Shown here one piece after another: positions 24,100 through 36,571 of a stretch of DNA of 64,000 nucleotides. The notes under the pieces were generated by a model. That model searched no databases. It was not told the origin of the DNA and was given only the letters and a program-made list of their open reading frames with translations. The DNA comes from Piedraia hortae CBS 480.64 (taxonomy: Eukaryota). A program made the translations under genes and the position numbers. Position 1 is the stretch's first letter; each line of letters begins with the position of its first letter. The stretch covers positions 124,001 through 188,000 of the forward strand of contig MU005975.1 in the NCBI GenBank assembly GCA_010093745.1. Reading direction: 5' to 3'.

Positions 24100-24381
24100 T
24101 GTGCAATATGGACACGAAGAGTGGGAGCAAGGACAGTATCTGTGATTATGCTCATGCATTGAGTTATATTGTCTTATTGTATTCAGGGATAGAGAGAGTG
24201 AGGGGTTGAGGTGAAGTGCCACGGCTGCCCCACATTCCGGCACGGTCCGGACCGCATTCACCGTGGTCACATCATGTGACGTGACCACAACCCAGGGAAA
24301 ACATGCTCTGTGATGTAAAAACCCCGAGAAGTCTAGCCATATATGCTCACGTGCTCATAGCAACGAGACTTCATGCCAACA
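24100..24381 (-). mobile_element. Chimeric solo-LTR-like element with a family B-type core and a family C-type end; left boundary approximate
   Basis: CCCAGGGAAAA...GTAAAAACCCCGAGAAG (B-like) joined to ATAGCAACGAGACTTCATGCCAACA (C terminus). Confidence 0.6.
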
Positions 24382-24885
24382 TAATGTTCTTCACGAGGTG
24401 TGCAATCACTGATCTCCATCTATTCACTCCGGGGGCTCTGCGTCAACTCCATACTGCCAGTCACCCATATAGCTAGGCTTCATACTCTAAATGTCCTGAA
24501 CTGATGGGACATTGTCTCAGTGTGAGCCTTGGGTAGAATGGAAACCATATGAAATGTCAGAGTGTTCGTAGATCTCTGCGTACATGTCTGTGTGGATGCC
24601 GTGAAGTTGAGGTGGGGTGAGATGAATTGCGGAACAACACGTAGGCAATTGGGTTGATTCGGCTAACCCATATGTTTCCGCAGGGCTTCCGGTCGGAGCG
24701 GCCCGTGCCGTACTTTGACACGTTCGCGTAGAGCAGTCTATAGAGGGTACACAATACGATCTTACCAGCTAGTTACAATTGTCCAGCGTTTCTCTCTACG
24801 TAGCATACCGACTATCATACACGGCTCCTCTTGCTGTAGAGTAGTCTGATCGGTGTCAACGCGGCTGCTTTGGCTGCGGAGATAC

Positions 24886-25246
24886 TGTTGGATTGAAGCA
24901 TCGCCGCTAGCGCGTATGCGGGGCACTTGCATAGCATGTCAGCGATACCTCCTACATTACCAGCTGTACTCTAGGTTTTTTCTCTCACAGAGGGTTTCCC
25001 TCAGGGTCATGTCATATGTGACATGGCGAATGCGCCCTGCTAGTGTACGACGTGTCGTCACCGGCCCACCGGTGCGGGATTTTTATTCTGACGTCCCCTC
25101 ATTGAGATAGATAGTCATTCACACTGTCATGTCGACACTGGTATTGATTCAAATACATCTGCATCTGTCCTGTCCCAGATTACGTCTATCGCTTCGTCTT
25201 CTTCGGGCCGCTGCGCACTCTCACCCGCGGGAGCCCAATCGCTACA
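24886..25246 (+). mobile_element. Solo LTR, family A, perfect 5-bp TSD GATAC
   Basis: GATAC-TGTTGG...GCTACA-GATAC. Confidence 0.96.
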
Positions 25247-25304
25247 GATACCGTCGTGCTTTTGAGCTGTTGAAGCACAACGCTACTTTGCCTCGGCCAA
25301 CCTG

Positions 25305-25535
25305 CTGACCTAGATTGACCCACGTTGGTCAATTTTACAATGCTAGACTATGTGATCACGGCGTAGAAATATTCGATAGGCCACATTTACTGACTAATGC
25401 TACTGCATCAGCAAAGGTAAATGAGTCGTTGGGTCAAAATGGGTCAGAGATGTTGACCCGGTCAACCCATTTTACTATTTTGGGATGACCAGGTCGGGTC
25501 AGACTGGTTCAACCCATTTTGACATGACCAATTTG
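25305..25535. repeat. Cluster of short GGGTCA/TGACCC/AACCCATTTT motifs, possible DNA-transposon subterminal region
   Basis: Motifs recur in both orientations; no adjacent transposase seen. Confidence 0.35.
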
Positions 25536-25890
25536 TTCACGTATGCGAAGGGGCAATGGACGGCGAGCAATCTTCGTTCTCCAGATTTAATGTCATGATG
25601 GCGGGGACAGTGGTTTGAGATGACAGGCGTGGTGGTGGAGTTGGCAGCGAAGGCGTCAATACTTTTCTTTTCGGGGTGTTGTACGTCAGTCACGCTCTGA
25701 CTATGGGAGACTTATGACAGACGTGACGTAAGACCGTGTCGGGCCGTGGGGAACGAGCTGGAGGCCACACTGACAAAGATCAATTTTGTAGAGGAGAAAA
25801 CAGACACCTTGTAGGATACCAACAAGCCCACAGCTGAATCTTAGCTTTTGAGGTCAGAAACTGCTATCGGCTGGCACGAGCGCATAAAGA

Positions 25891-26085
25891 TGTGATCTTT
25901 CAAGGTGTATTCACGCACAACAGTGTTAGACCACCTCTATCACGATTTTCCGACGTTCTACGGGGAATCAACGAAGAAACGGTGTGAAGCTGAGGTATTG
26001 TCTAAAGTGTTTTTATCTTCTGCGGTTGAGCGGTGAGGAGCCGCTGTTGAACCATAGTAGTACATCACCTCTTCTAATACACACA
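25891..26085 (+). mobile_element. Solo LTR, family D (195 bp), 4-bp TSD AAGA
   Basis: AAGA-TGTG...CACA-AAGA; second copy at 52391-52585. Confidence 0.85.
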
Positions 26086-28695
26086 AAGACACGCCCTTTT
26101 CTTGCTTTCTTGATAACTTCCTCGACCACCACGTGTACACGGAAACTATGTGACAAGCGCGCTGTTGCCTGCAACATACCACGAAGCCAGAAATAGTTAA
26201 GCGTCGCAAAATCATTCAGGAAGAACACAATGATTTTCGCGGCGCACACAATTTGCGAACCTGCTCAACACCCCCCATCCTCAATTTTCGGTGCGTTCTC
26301 TCCTCCTAGTTCCCTGCATGACATGATGCTACACACATGTACGATTCAACTCCGACTGCCCATGAAGGAAAATTTTGCAAACTTTTGGATCTGACTCGTC
26401 ACAAATGCTTATCTGACTGCTACGATTTGGAATTAGCTGACTTTCCGCAGTGCACGCTGCATGCGATATCTGGCTTTGCGCAATTAGATTCCTCAAATTT
26501 ATGCGCAAGGTACAACATGGAGGCGCTTTTCCGACTCCAAAGTTCGTATGGAACTTGCAAGGATGCCAAAGACTGTGCGTCCGTATCTTGGCCGGACGGG
26601 TCATGAGCCGCCTGGATCGTTTCGAGACTTTTACGAGGAGTCATTGCGGCAACTTCACTTTTCGGGGCAAATCGTCTGTGGCTCAAGAACGAAGATAATC
26701 ATCGGATTGAACTTGGTACACCCATGCTCAGGCAGTGAAAGCAAAGATATAGCAAAGACAGGTATTCGTCACCCAGCACGGCCACCAGAGATGGTTTACC
26801 GTGGCGGGTGAATCTGAAACTACAAACAACGGCCCAGAAGCAGCGACGCTAGACGATTTACAGCAGGCCAAGGCAGCTGCGATCCTGGCCTCGCTTGAGC
26901 ACGTTCAGGAGGAGCTGAGGCAAGGCACGAGAGCGTGTCTTCTAGCCTTGCGAACACGGACCACACCGGCTGGTGGGTGCGAACAAAGTGGCCGGCACAA
27001 TTAGAGAATACCAACATGGCAAATTTGGCGGCCGCATTGTCACGCGCAGACCAAGGGGACGATTTTCTGCTGGCGGTCGAAAAACTCATCTTATGGAATG
27101 GACTGGAAAATGTCATGCAGGCAGCAGGAGAAGATATTGCAGGAATTGAAGCCATCATCAGCACTTTGGTAGTTGGCGCAGACGAAGTGTACCATGGCTA
27201 TAAAGCAAGAAAGTCAAATCATCGTCGGGGAGGACATTCGCCATAATGTGGTTTCCAATGTTACAAAAAAAGACTTAGAGGGCCTTCCAATGCCCCAATC
27301 GTCAACCTCGGCCACTATGTGTGTTTTGTTCTCGAAGCAGCCCACTAGCCAATCCGTTATCACTTCGTTCAATTTACATAGAGGTCATACTTTACGATCC
27401 TAGAGGCAGCAAGATACATCTCACAACTGGATATTTTGCATCAAGACTCCATCCATCACGCATTGAAGACTTTCAAATATCATGCATTCCAAGAACAGCT
27501 CCAGCACCTCTCCCGACTAATCCACAATTACCGACGACATTGGATCCTGGTGTTCAAAGATTCCCGCAGCCATTTGACCCATTACGCCACATAAGAACGT
27601 GCTTCCACGGCATTAAATTGACAGCCAAGCTAGGCGTTTGGCCAATGCCCCTTGGTTGCGTAAATGAATTCGATCATCTTGGTGTGATTCCCAGAAATAA
27701 ACGAACCATGGTAACATAACGCAGGTGGAGTACGCCATCGCCCTTAATGCTGAACCATCTCAGAATGAAAAACTTGCAGACATCTCACCCACCGACTTCA
27801 CTCATGCAGCAACGGTGGTATTCCTCTTCGATTTAGCCATCCCAACCATTAACGATCCACTGCAAGACAAGGTGCGCCCCAAATAAGGTTCGGAGCTAAC
27901 CAAATTACTCCGGATCGCTATATCACCCACTCGCGAATTCACTTGTGGAACGTGATGGGCAGCCAGTGTCATCCAACTCAAGGAGTGTATCCGACATCAT
28001 TCAAGCCTACTTCAACCTTCCATCGCCTCATAACGCGGTAATGCCAACGCTAGCGCGCATTATGCGGATGAGTTCCCGAAAGACAACGACGGAATGGCAT
28101 TGGCATACCTATTTAGCACCTGATCCAAATTGGCTCCGGGACCTGTCTCAAAGATGTTATCACCCTGGTCTCGTTTCTGGGCCTAGATGAGATTAGGAGG
28201 GACACACTATGGAGCCTTATCTCGTCAGACTGCACACAGGGTTGATGGCCCCAGTTCGCAGAGAGTTACCTGAACGTTTTAAAGGGATCGCGCTTCCTGA
28301 TGTCGTGAGGTCAGCGGCCGATGGCATTCCAGCGTGGCGAAAAGGCGAAGCGTGAGGATGCTTATGAGGAACAAGTATGACAAAATGGGCTGGTGCAAAT
28401 TTCTCGGATCAAACTCTTCGGTAGCTGTAGAGAATACAATCAACAAAATTGTTCCGAATTCGTTAGTATATGCGGTTGTGTGTAAATAAAAGACGTAAGG
28501 CAGTCGCTTGAAAGATTTCAAAGGCACTATAAATTTACAGTTATGAACCCTGTCCATGCAGAGTAAACTTCCATCTTTCTTTCTCTTCATGCAGAGTTAA
28601 CTTTCAAGAAACCCAGTTAGTACCTGGCCTTGAGCCATCGCTTCCTCAGCGCCTCGGGGTTTGGTCCGCTTCTCGTTCCTCAAGGGTTTAAATAC

Positions 28696-29065
28696 AGTTG
28701 GAATGAAGTCTAGTTGCTATGAGTATACTTTGCCACTGCGCGACACCTCTTACACCAGCAGCTGCACCCTAGGTTTTGTCCTCACAGAGGTTTCCCTCAG
28801 GGTCATGTCGCATGCAACATGGTGAATGCGCCCTGCTACTGTTTGAGGTGAGTCATGGAGTAAGACCGCATGCTGACGGTCTTACTGCATGTATGACCGT
28901 TTGCTTACGGTCATACGATTGATGACTCTTCATAAGAGGCTACACACTGGCATACCGGTCCAGAATATTTTCTCTGATGTCCCCTCGTAGATACATTTGT
29001 ATTCACTCATACACACACCTCTAGTTTCCATCCATAGTTCTCACTCGCACGTACCATCTGTTCTA
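28696..29065 (+). mobile_element. Solo LTR, family C, TSD AATAC/AGTAC
   Basis: Aligns with 61864-62239; shares its central core with family A. Confidence 0.88.
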
Positions 29066-29919
29066 AGTACTTCGTGGAAGTGGGCTTCCTTAGCGGTGGA
29101 AATCGCATCGTATGCTTTCAGGAGGACGTTCTCGGCTCGCCTCTCTGGAGGGACGCAGGGCTTGGGGTATGTCGACATTCCTACGCAGAGAGTGACAAAG
29201 ATAGCGACATAGTTTAATATTGGACGAGAGAGGGTTCATGTTGTAGAGGCTTACTTCTTTTAACTCGTATGCCCCTGGGCTTCAAGCAGTCGCAGTCAAG
29301 GTACTTTTGCATCGGCGAGAAGCAGAAAGCAAGCCTGGCGTCGAATTCCTCTCAGGTTGTAGTTGCTACACGAAGTGACCACGCTCGCAAGGGAAACAAG
29401 CGATGACAACGCTGTTATTAAGCAGTGTGGCGAAGCGGGACGTCGCCGTGGTTTCACTCATCTAATCTACATCTCCTCGCTGATCCTCCTGTCGCATCTG
29501 CCGCTATGGCCCATCTCAGCCGGATGAAGTAGCCAAGTACGCGAAACGCATCAATCTCTCCTCATGAAACTCGAGCATACGTGAGTTGAAAATCCATCTA
29601 CTCGACAGGTCGCCACCCGCATGCTTCCACGCATCTCCCCCTATGGCTTCTCGCTTGAAGGTATAAGCGTTCTCTGTCCAGATTTTGCAGCAGCCAGAGT
29701 TCCATAAATGCTGCACGTTTACTGCCTGAGAAAGAGTGGGGCGAGTATCAGCCGTGCAGTCTCTGCATAGCCTGAGCTCCCTTCCCCAGAACCACGTTTC
29801 GCTCTGGATTCGCGGCTGTACAGGTCGAAACCTCCTCAACAATGCCAAGATCGCTCACAGCAGATTTGGGGTGAATGATCGTACGGACAATTCCTTGCCG
29901 GGGTTGTAACGATAGGGCT

Positions 29920-30290
29920 TGTAGCGATAAGGCTCCCGTTGATGGGAGTGCGCAGCGTCCCGAACTAAGAGGACTAAGCGATAGACGGAGATCGACAACA
30001 GAGACAGGACAAATGCAGATGGATATGGGTCAATATCAGTGTTGATATGACAGTGTGAATTACTATCTGTCTCAATGAGGGGACGTTCAGAATAAAATTC
30101 TGTACCGGTGGGCCGGCGACGTCCCGTCGTACACTAGCAGGGCGCATTCACCATGTCACATATGACATGACCCTGAGGGAAACCCTCTGTGAGGGGAAAA
30201 CCTAGGGTGCAGCTGGTAGTGTAGGAGATACCGCTGACTTGCTATGCAAGTGCCCCGCATACGCGCTAGCGGCGATGCTTGAATCCAACA
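29920..30290 (-). mobile_element. Solo LTR, family A; its first 15 bp are imperfectly duplicated at 29905
   Basis: TGTAGCGATAAGGCT...GAATCCAACA; flanks do not form a TSD. Confidence 0.93.
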
Positions 30291-31020
30291 GAAACCACTA
30301 ATCCTCCACCATCTCCAACCCCGCACGTCACTTGTGAATCGAAATCATGCCCCAGGCATGGTGGTTTTGCGCCACTGTTTCAACAGCGACCATGTGAGCC
30401 TTCGAGAACGAAAATCCCCGCAAAAATCAAAAGTGCGCGCGGGGCGATTCCGCCCGTCCCGAAGCAGCCTAGGGTGGAGTTCAGCTAATTCCCGCACAAA
30501 AGCTGGGTCGAATTTCAAGAACACACAACACAACACTGCATCTTTTTGTAAAGATTCTCAGTAGATATTGTTTACAAGGGGTTTACCCATTTGCATTATG
30601 TAATTAAGCTTTCATTGGACAGATCTTGTGAATGACCGTAATTTACCGACAGGTAATGGATTAGTAAGCATAGCACTACTGCTTAAGGTTCGTAAACAGG
30701 GTATTACAACCTTGTTTGTCCTGTTAGAACACTTGCAGCTGCTCTCCAATCCTCGTACTAATTTTTCCAGCAAATAATTGCAAAAGTCGAACATGGGTCT
30801 GAGAAGGAAGCTCCTGCTCTGGAGAGAAAGTTGGACGTCATTATTTTCATTCACGGTCAGCTTAGGGTTAAATATTAGGATTCCAGGGTCCAGAGGAGAA
30901 TGTTACAAGGTGCGGAAACTAGCTGCACTCCACGACGCCAACCCCACCAAAAATTCACCACATCACGAACCACAGCCTGCAGCACAACAACAAAGCAGCA
31001 CCCAAGATTATTTTTTCAGC

Positions 31021-32337
31021 ATGCCCGCCCCAACCCGCGCCCTCCAATCCCTCATCCTCTGTGGTCCCGGCGTCAACTTATCAACATTCACCTCCCGCCC
31101 CTCCGAACTGCCGAAATCCCTCTTACCAATCTGCAACCGCCCCATGATCTGGTATCCCCTAACCCACAGCCATCGCATGGGCATAACCGAAATCGCCCTC
31201 CTCACCCCCCCCGAAGCGGCACCCGCTCTCGAACACGCGTTAGCGACGCACCCCCTCCTCACCTCCATCGCGCGCAACGTAAAAATCCTTACCCCGAAAG
31301 ACACCGATCTAACAACCGGCACAGTAGAGCTGCTCTCCTCCCCCGAAGTCCAAGATTGGGTTACGGGCGATTTCATCGTCCTGCCCTGCGACTTTGTCGC
31401 GGAAACAGATATCGGGCCGAGGGTTGTGGAGGAGTGGTTCCGCAAAGGCAGGGAGGGGGGGTGGGGGGTATATTATCCCGCCGGGAAGGGGGAGGAAAGA
31501 GACTACCTTGTTACGGAATTGGGGATGAGGAGGAAGGATGCTTCGCTTGAGACCATCTTGGATGTCCTGCCTAAAGATGAGTTAGAGGATCTGATTGAGG
31601 AGGATGCGCACGAGGAGATTGAGGTGGGTGGGTTAGATGTACCCAGAGGGAGGGTCAGGGTTTCGCATAGGGATGCGGGAGTATACCTCCTCCCACACTG
31701 GGTTATGCGGGTCATTGGGGAGGGACGCTTCGCGAGTTTGGGTGAGGATTTGATTGGCGGATGGGCGGATGCGAGAACGGATGAACAAGCTGCTGGGGAG
31801 GGGGGGTTTGAACAGCCTGTGCCGTATCTTGGGGCGTATGTTCACGAGGGGAAGAGCCTGGTGAGGAGGGTTGATACTACCGCGCAACTGGTGGACGTGT
31901 CGTTATATATTGCTAAGCAGGGGAGGGAACATCCCCTGGCGCATCAGGATCAGATTCAGCAGACGGCGACGGTGGGGAGTCAGAGTAGGATTTCGACGGA
32001 GGATTCGGTTGTGGGGCATTACGTTACGGTTGGGGAGAGGTGTGTGGTTAAGGGGAGTGTGATTGGGGCAAATTGCAATGTTGGGAGCTATGCCAAGTTG
32101 CAGAATTGTGTGCTGATGGATAATGTCGATGTGGGTGAGGGGGCTGTGCTGACGAATTGTGTTGTGGGTAAATGGGCAAAGGTGGAGAGTGGGAAGAGTA
32201 AACCTACGAGGCTGACGGACTGCGAGGTCGCCCCGGCCTTTGTTGTGGCGGCGGGGTCGGATATCAAGGGTGAAACCCTCACGCCGTTGGATACGCTCAT
32301 GGACTTGGACGACGAGGAGGGAGAGGACTGGCTGTAG
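31021..32337 (+). CDS. GCD1: Translation initiation factor eIF2B gamma subunit
   Basis: LQSLILCGPG, PKSLLPICNRPMIWYPL and DFIVLPCD motifs; C-terminal left-handed beta-helix repeats. Confidence 0.9.
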   Translation: MPAPTRALQSLILCGPGVNLSTFTSRPSELPKSLLPICNRPMIWYPLTHSHRMGITEIALLTPPEAAPALEHALATHPLLTSIARNVKILTPKDTDLTTGTVELLSSPEVQDWVTGDFIVLPCDFVAETDIGPRVVEEWFRKGREGGWGVYYPAGKGEERDYLVTELGMRRKDASLETILDVLPKDELEDLIEEDAHEEIEVGGLDVPRGRVRVSHRDAGVYLLPHWVMRVIGEGRFASLGEDLIGGWADARTDEQAAGEGGFEQPVPYLGAYVHEGKSLVRRVDTTAQLVDVSLYIAKQGREHPLAHQDQIQQTATVGSQSRISTEDSVVGHYVTVGERCVVKGSVIGANCNVGSYAKLQNCVLMDNVDVGEGAVLTNCVVGKWAKVESGKSKPTRLTDCEVAPAFVVAAGSDIKGETLTPLDTLMDLDDEEGEDWL

Positions 32338-32722
32338 CTGTGAAGATGGAAGCCTTGTAATCTGAGACTGCCTCTTCCCGGCTTCCTTGTCTGTTGTGTA
32401 GTTTGACTGCTGCCAGAAGCTAGGTGAGAGATTGCTGAGGCAATTCCTGTTGGAGGTAATCTCTCGGGGATTTGCTGGATCATCGGCTGCATCTTGACCG
32501 TTTCCGGCCAACAGCTTCAGCAAAGCCATTCAGACTGCCGAGTCAATGCAAAATCGTCCACATGGCTGTCTCCACTGTAAGCTTTAGCATGAAGCCTCAC
32601 TGCCAAAGACACAGTTCCGCGAGGACGTCCTCACCAACCATAGCCGGAGTAACACATTACCGTGAAGCCAGACTCGATTCGAGTACACCTTATCAGACAT
32701 AGATCTCATTCTCTCCCGGCAA

Positions 32723-33553
32723 TCACCTCGGAAAAACGCCCTTAAACTTCCTCCCTGCCCTGTCTGGCGCTCTACACTTGAACGCGTCTCCATTCAACTC
32801 AACCACACACTCCCCAATGATGACCCTAAAGATAGACCCCTCTTTAGGCAAAACCTTCAACTGATCCTTTTTCGTAACAACCTCAAACGTGAACATCGTA
32901 TCCTTTACCACAATACCCCTGATCCCAACCCTTGAAGGACACGTGCTTTTGACAACGGTGATTAACGCACCGTGGTAGTCTGCTGTGAGGAGCAAAGGGC
33001 CGGCGGAGAGGGTGTCAATGTATGTTCTGCCAGTAGCTATTCTTTCCGTGGCCCCGTTAGCTTCCGCGCCCCCATTCGCCTCTGCGCTCCTCTCAGTTTC
33101 TGTTCCCCCATCGGTTCGTGTGCCTTCCTTCCGCCCCCTTCCATCACTTGTGTCTACATGCTCCTTGGGTCGTGTGCTCCCTTTAGCTTCCGTCTCCACA
33201 TTTTGTTCACCGCCATCCCCTTGGTTTCTCCCCTCCAGAGGCCTCAACCCCAACACTTCTCGGATATATCCCTCCCACAACCCATTCAATGGCTTATAAA
33301 TCCCAAACTTCTGCTTACTTTTCGGAATCTCATGTAGCCCCAGCTTCCTAATCTGTCCCCTACTCAGCGGTTGTGGCTTCCTCTTCTTGTTTCCCGTCCT
33401 CTTGGCAATCCTACCCCCCCTGACTTTTTTCGTCACAGGGACAGTAGGATGCAAAACCAAGGGCCGCTGGAGGACATTCTCCGTGAACAGCGTCGCTGCC
33501 GTATCAGGCGAATGCGCTCGTTTGAGCAGGACCTTTGCAATATGCTCTGCCAT
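32723..33553 (-). CDS. POP4: RNase P/MRP subunit p29
   Basis: PLNGLWEGYIRE, ADYHGALITVVKSTCPSRVGIRGIV, LPKEGSIF and RAPDRAGRKFK motifs. Confidence 0.93.
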   Translation of the reverse strand: MAEHIAKVLLKRAHSPDTAATLFTENVLQRPLVLHPTVPVTKKVRGGRIAKRTGNKKRKPQPLSRGQIRKLGLHEIPKSKQKFGIYKPLNGLWEGYIREVLGLRPLEGRNQGDGGEQNVETEAKGSTRPKEHVDTSDGRGRKEGTRTDGGTETERSAEANGGAEANGATERIATGRTYIDTLSAGPLLLTADYHGALITVVKSTCPSRVGIRGIVVKDTMFTFEVVTKKDQLKVLPKEGSIFRVIIGECVVELNGDAFKCRAPDRAGRKFKGVFPR

Positions 33554-33859
33554 TATCTCTCCGTCGGGCGGTGGCCGGGTTGCTTGCTTGCGACTTTCTT
33601 CGCGAACTGCTCTACCTCTTGGGGCGGAGGGGCGGGTTGCTTTCTCCGCCCGGCTGCTCTGCTTCACTTCTCCCTTCGCGGGCTGCACAGCTCAGCATAA
33701 TCCTAACCCTATGTGTAAACCTAACCCTCCAACCTCCACCCCGCACCTGTTCTCTTTTCTCTCCGTGGTGGAAACCAAACGACGACGCCTTACTGTCCTA
33801 CGCTACAAGCTGCCAACCAACCTACACGCGCAGCATCCCTCCTCCTCCCACTCACCACC

Positions 33860-34510
33860 ATGTCCCCCCTCAAAGACCCAGCAACAGTCGCGCAATTCAC
33901 CCTCTCGCACCTCGCGCGCTCCTCCCTTCACCCCTCCCCCCACTCCCAATTCAAGGAGTGGTTCACCACCGCCAACTCCCTCATCCCCTCCGCCGAAGCC
34001 GCCACCCTCAGCACATCCATCCTCCCCTCTGGCCGCGTCAGCGCCCGCGTAATCTACGTTAAGGACGTGGATGAGAAGGGGTTTGTGTTTTACAGCAACT
34101 GGGCCACGTCGCGGAAGGCAAGAGACTATGAGAGTAATCGCTTTGCGGCGTTGACGTTTTGGTGGGGGGAGTTGGAACGGCAGGTGAGGGTTGAGGGAAC
34201 ACTTGAGAGGCTGGGGAGGGAGGGGGATCAGGAGTATTTTGATAGCCGCCCGAGGGGGGCGAGGGTGGGGGCGTGGGCGAGTCGGCAGTCTGAGGTGATT
34301 GAGGAGAGGGGGGTGTTGGATCAATGGGTGAGGGAGGTTGAGGAGAGGTTTCGTGGGATTGAGGAGATTCCCGTGCCGGAGTTTTGGGGAGGGGTGCGGT
34401 TGGTTCCGGATACGGTGGAGTTTTGGCAGGGGAGGGAGAGTAGATTGCATGATCGGTTTAGGTATAAGAGGGAGGGGGAGGGGTGGGTGGTTGAGAGGTT
34501 GAGTCCGTGA
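33860..34510 (+). CDS. PDX3: Pyridoxamine 5'-phosphate oxidase
   Basis: GRVSARVI, FWWGELERQVRVEG, GAWASRQS and EFWQGRESRLHDRF motifs. Confidence 0.96.
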   Translation: MSPLKDPATVAQFTLSHLARSSLHPSPHSQFKEWFTTANSLIPSAEAATLSTSILPSGRVSARVIYVKDVDEKGFVFYSNWATSRKARDYESNRFAALTFWWGELERQVRVEGTLERLGREGDQEYFDSRPRGARVGAWASRQSEVIEERGVLDQWVREVEERFRGIEEIPVPEFWGGVRLVPDTVEFWQGRESRLHDRFRYKREGEGWVVERLSP

Positions 34511-34519
34511 TTAGATGTT

Positions 34520-36494
34520 TTAGTGGGTTGGGGGTGTATTTGCTGATGGTGTTTCTTCCTGGAATCCAACGCCCACGCCTTCGAGTTGGTTTTCGGCGGG
34601 GAAGCTGCTTCCCGCGATGGCGTCTTCCTGGCCTCCCGCCCTACCGGGTTGGGGGAAGCCGAGCCTGGAGAGACTGTCGACGAATGAACCACCTTGGGCG
34701 AGTGTTGTTGACTCTGGGTCGAGGGTTTTTTCTCTTGTAGGTGGGAAGTCCTCTTGCATTTGTACCAGCCTGCCTTGGCTTTGAGAAAGATAATCCTCCA
34801 GCTCGATCAATTCAGGTCTGTTGGCAAGCCACGGATGAGTCAAACACCCTTCTACCGTCAGCCTCTTCTCGACAGAGACCTCCAACATGTGATTGATTAA
34901 ATCCCGCACGGCGAACCCAATCCCGTCCCAGTACGGACTCGGATAATCGTAGCAGCCGAGGCTGATTTGTTCGATAAGCCTATAAGGTCGCTTAGCCGAC
35001 CGCAGCTGATCCGAAAACGGCGGGAAGCCGCAGACGCAAATGTACAGTACCACGCCAAGAGACCAGACGTCAACGGCTTTGGTGTATCGTCTGTTTTGCG
35101 GGTCCCGGAGAACCTCGGGCGCGGTGTAGGCCGCTGTGCCGCACAGGCTGGTGGTAAATGCGTCCTCGCCAATGATTTTCGCAAGGCCAAAGTCCGCGAG
35201 TTTTACCGTGGGTTTGGGGTCCATTAGCAGGATGTTCTCCGGTTTGATGTCCCTGTGGACAATGTTGCGTTCGTGCTACGATGTGTTAGTGGAGAGATGG
35301 ACTAAGAGGCACCTACTGACCAGGTATTTCACGCCTTGAAAGAGCTGCACAAAGATTATCCTCGTCTCCGCTTCAGATAGCCTTCTGCTCTCTCCTTTGG
35401 ATATGTGCTTGAACAAGTCACACTCTGCCAAGTCTAGGATTAAGCAGACTCGATCTTCATCCTCAAACGTCTCGCTGATGCACATTATATTCGGATGGCT
35501 GAGTCCTCGTAAAACGGCAATCTCCTGGGCGAGATTCTCGCGAATGCTCTTCCCACTGCTGTGCTCTTTCTTCAGATAAAACACCTTTACAGCGTAGACG
35601 TCCCCGGAGGTCTTCTGCACGCAGCGAAAGACTGTAGCGAAATGGCCCTTGCCAATCTGCCCGCCCATATCGTAGCTGTCGCTAAACTTGTCGCGTTTGC
35701 GGTTTCGGGGGTAGCGAAACGCGAACCGGACGACATTAAGTATAGAGATTTCGTCCCCGTCGGCAAGTGTTCGTCGCTTGTTGCGGCCTACCAGGGCGTC
35801 GTTGATGTAGGTCCCATTGCCGCTGAGATCTTCCATGACGGCGGTCGACCTGCCTAGCCGCGACTCGGGAAAAATTATGCAGTGTCTGTTGCTGACGGTT
35901 GGGACGTTGATGATGCCGTCGCATTCGGGGTGTCTGCCTATGAGGTATCCACTGGCCGGCGCATCGCTGGCGGCTTTCTTTTCTTCATAGTCTGCCTCCA
36001 ACTGGCGCCATTTTCCTCGTGTGACGCGTTCCGTGCCGGTAAGCTGGTCCGTCCCGGTGGAGGAGGCTGGCACGGGACAGGATGATCGATGTCTCATGAC
36101 GAGAACATCTGAGGTGCCAAAGATGGGCACGAGATACCCCCAGACGCCCTCCTCTTCCTCGTCCTCCACCTCGTACGCGAGCCCGGCCGGGACCGACGGT
36201 TGCTGGGTGAAAGCCTGGGTGTCGTCCACAGCACTGCTATGCTCTGTCGTCTTGACCGACACCAACTCAGCATTGTCCATCTCAGCGGTGGTCGGCTCAG
36301 TTGTGTTTATATCGTCAGTCTTCAGCTCTTCCGTTCTCAGCTCCGTCCTGCACGACTCGTCGCGCGTGGTTGGCGTAGGTAGCGCTTGCGGCTCACGACG
36401 GCGCACCTTTTTACAGCCTTCATCATCCGACGTCTGGCCATCAGTACGGACATTTCTCTCAGCGGCAGAGTCTACGCACCCGCAACCGCTTCAT
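34520..36494 (-). CDS. FHA-domain checkpoint kinase (Chk2/Cds1-like); exons 36494-36480, 36433-35321 and 35275-34520
   Basis: FHA motifs IGRHPECD, VSNRH and SGNGT; kinase motifs GKGHFA, VHRDIKPEN, DFG and APE. Two canonical introns (46 and 45 nt) restore the frame. Confidence 0.92.
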
Positions 36495-36571
36495 CTCGGT
36501 TGGGTTTTTTTTTTTTCCCTGTTGGCGGGGAGCCGAGGAGCAGCAGCCAAGAAAAGCAATATAGCAGAGAC

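Noticed and set aside
26300..28270. Fragmented ORFs that look like decayed genes
   Set aside because: No family could be recognised and the frames are broken.
30778..31020. N-terminal extensions from non-ATG starts in the ORF track (also ARC40, U2B'', HIS2, POP4, F-box gene)
   Set aside because: The track uses bacterial-style starts; homology begins at the downstream ATG.
1..32337. A translation-initiation gene cluster (eIF2-gamma, eIF3c relic, eIF2B-gamma)
   Set aside because: The genes are 10-30 kb apart with unrelated genes between them and one is dead; chance is a sufficient explanation.
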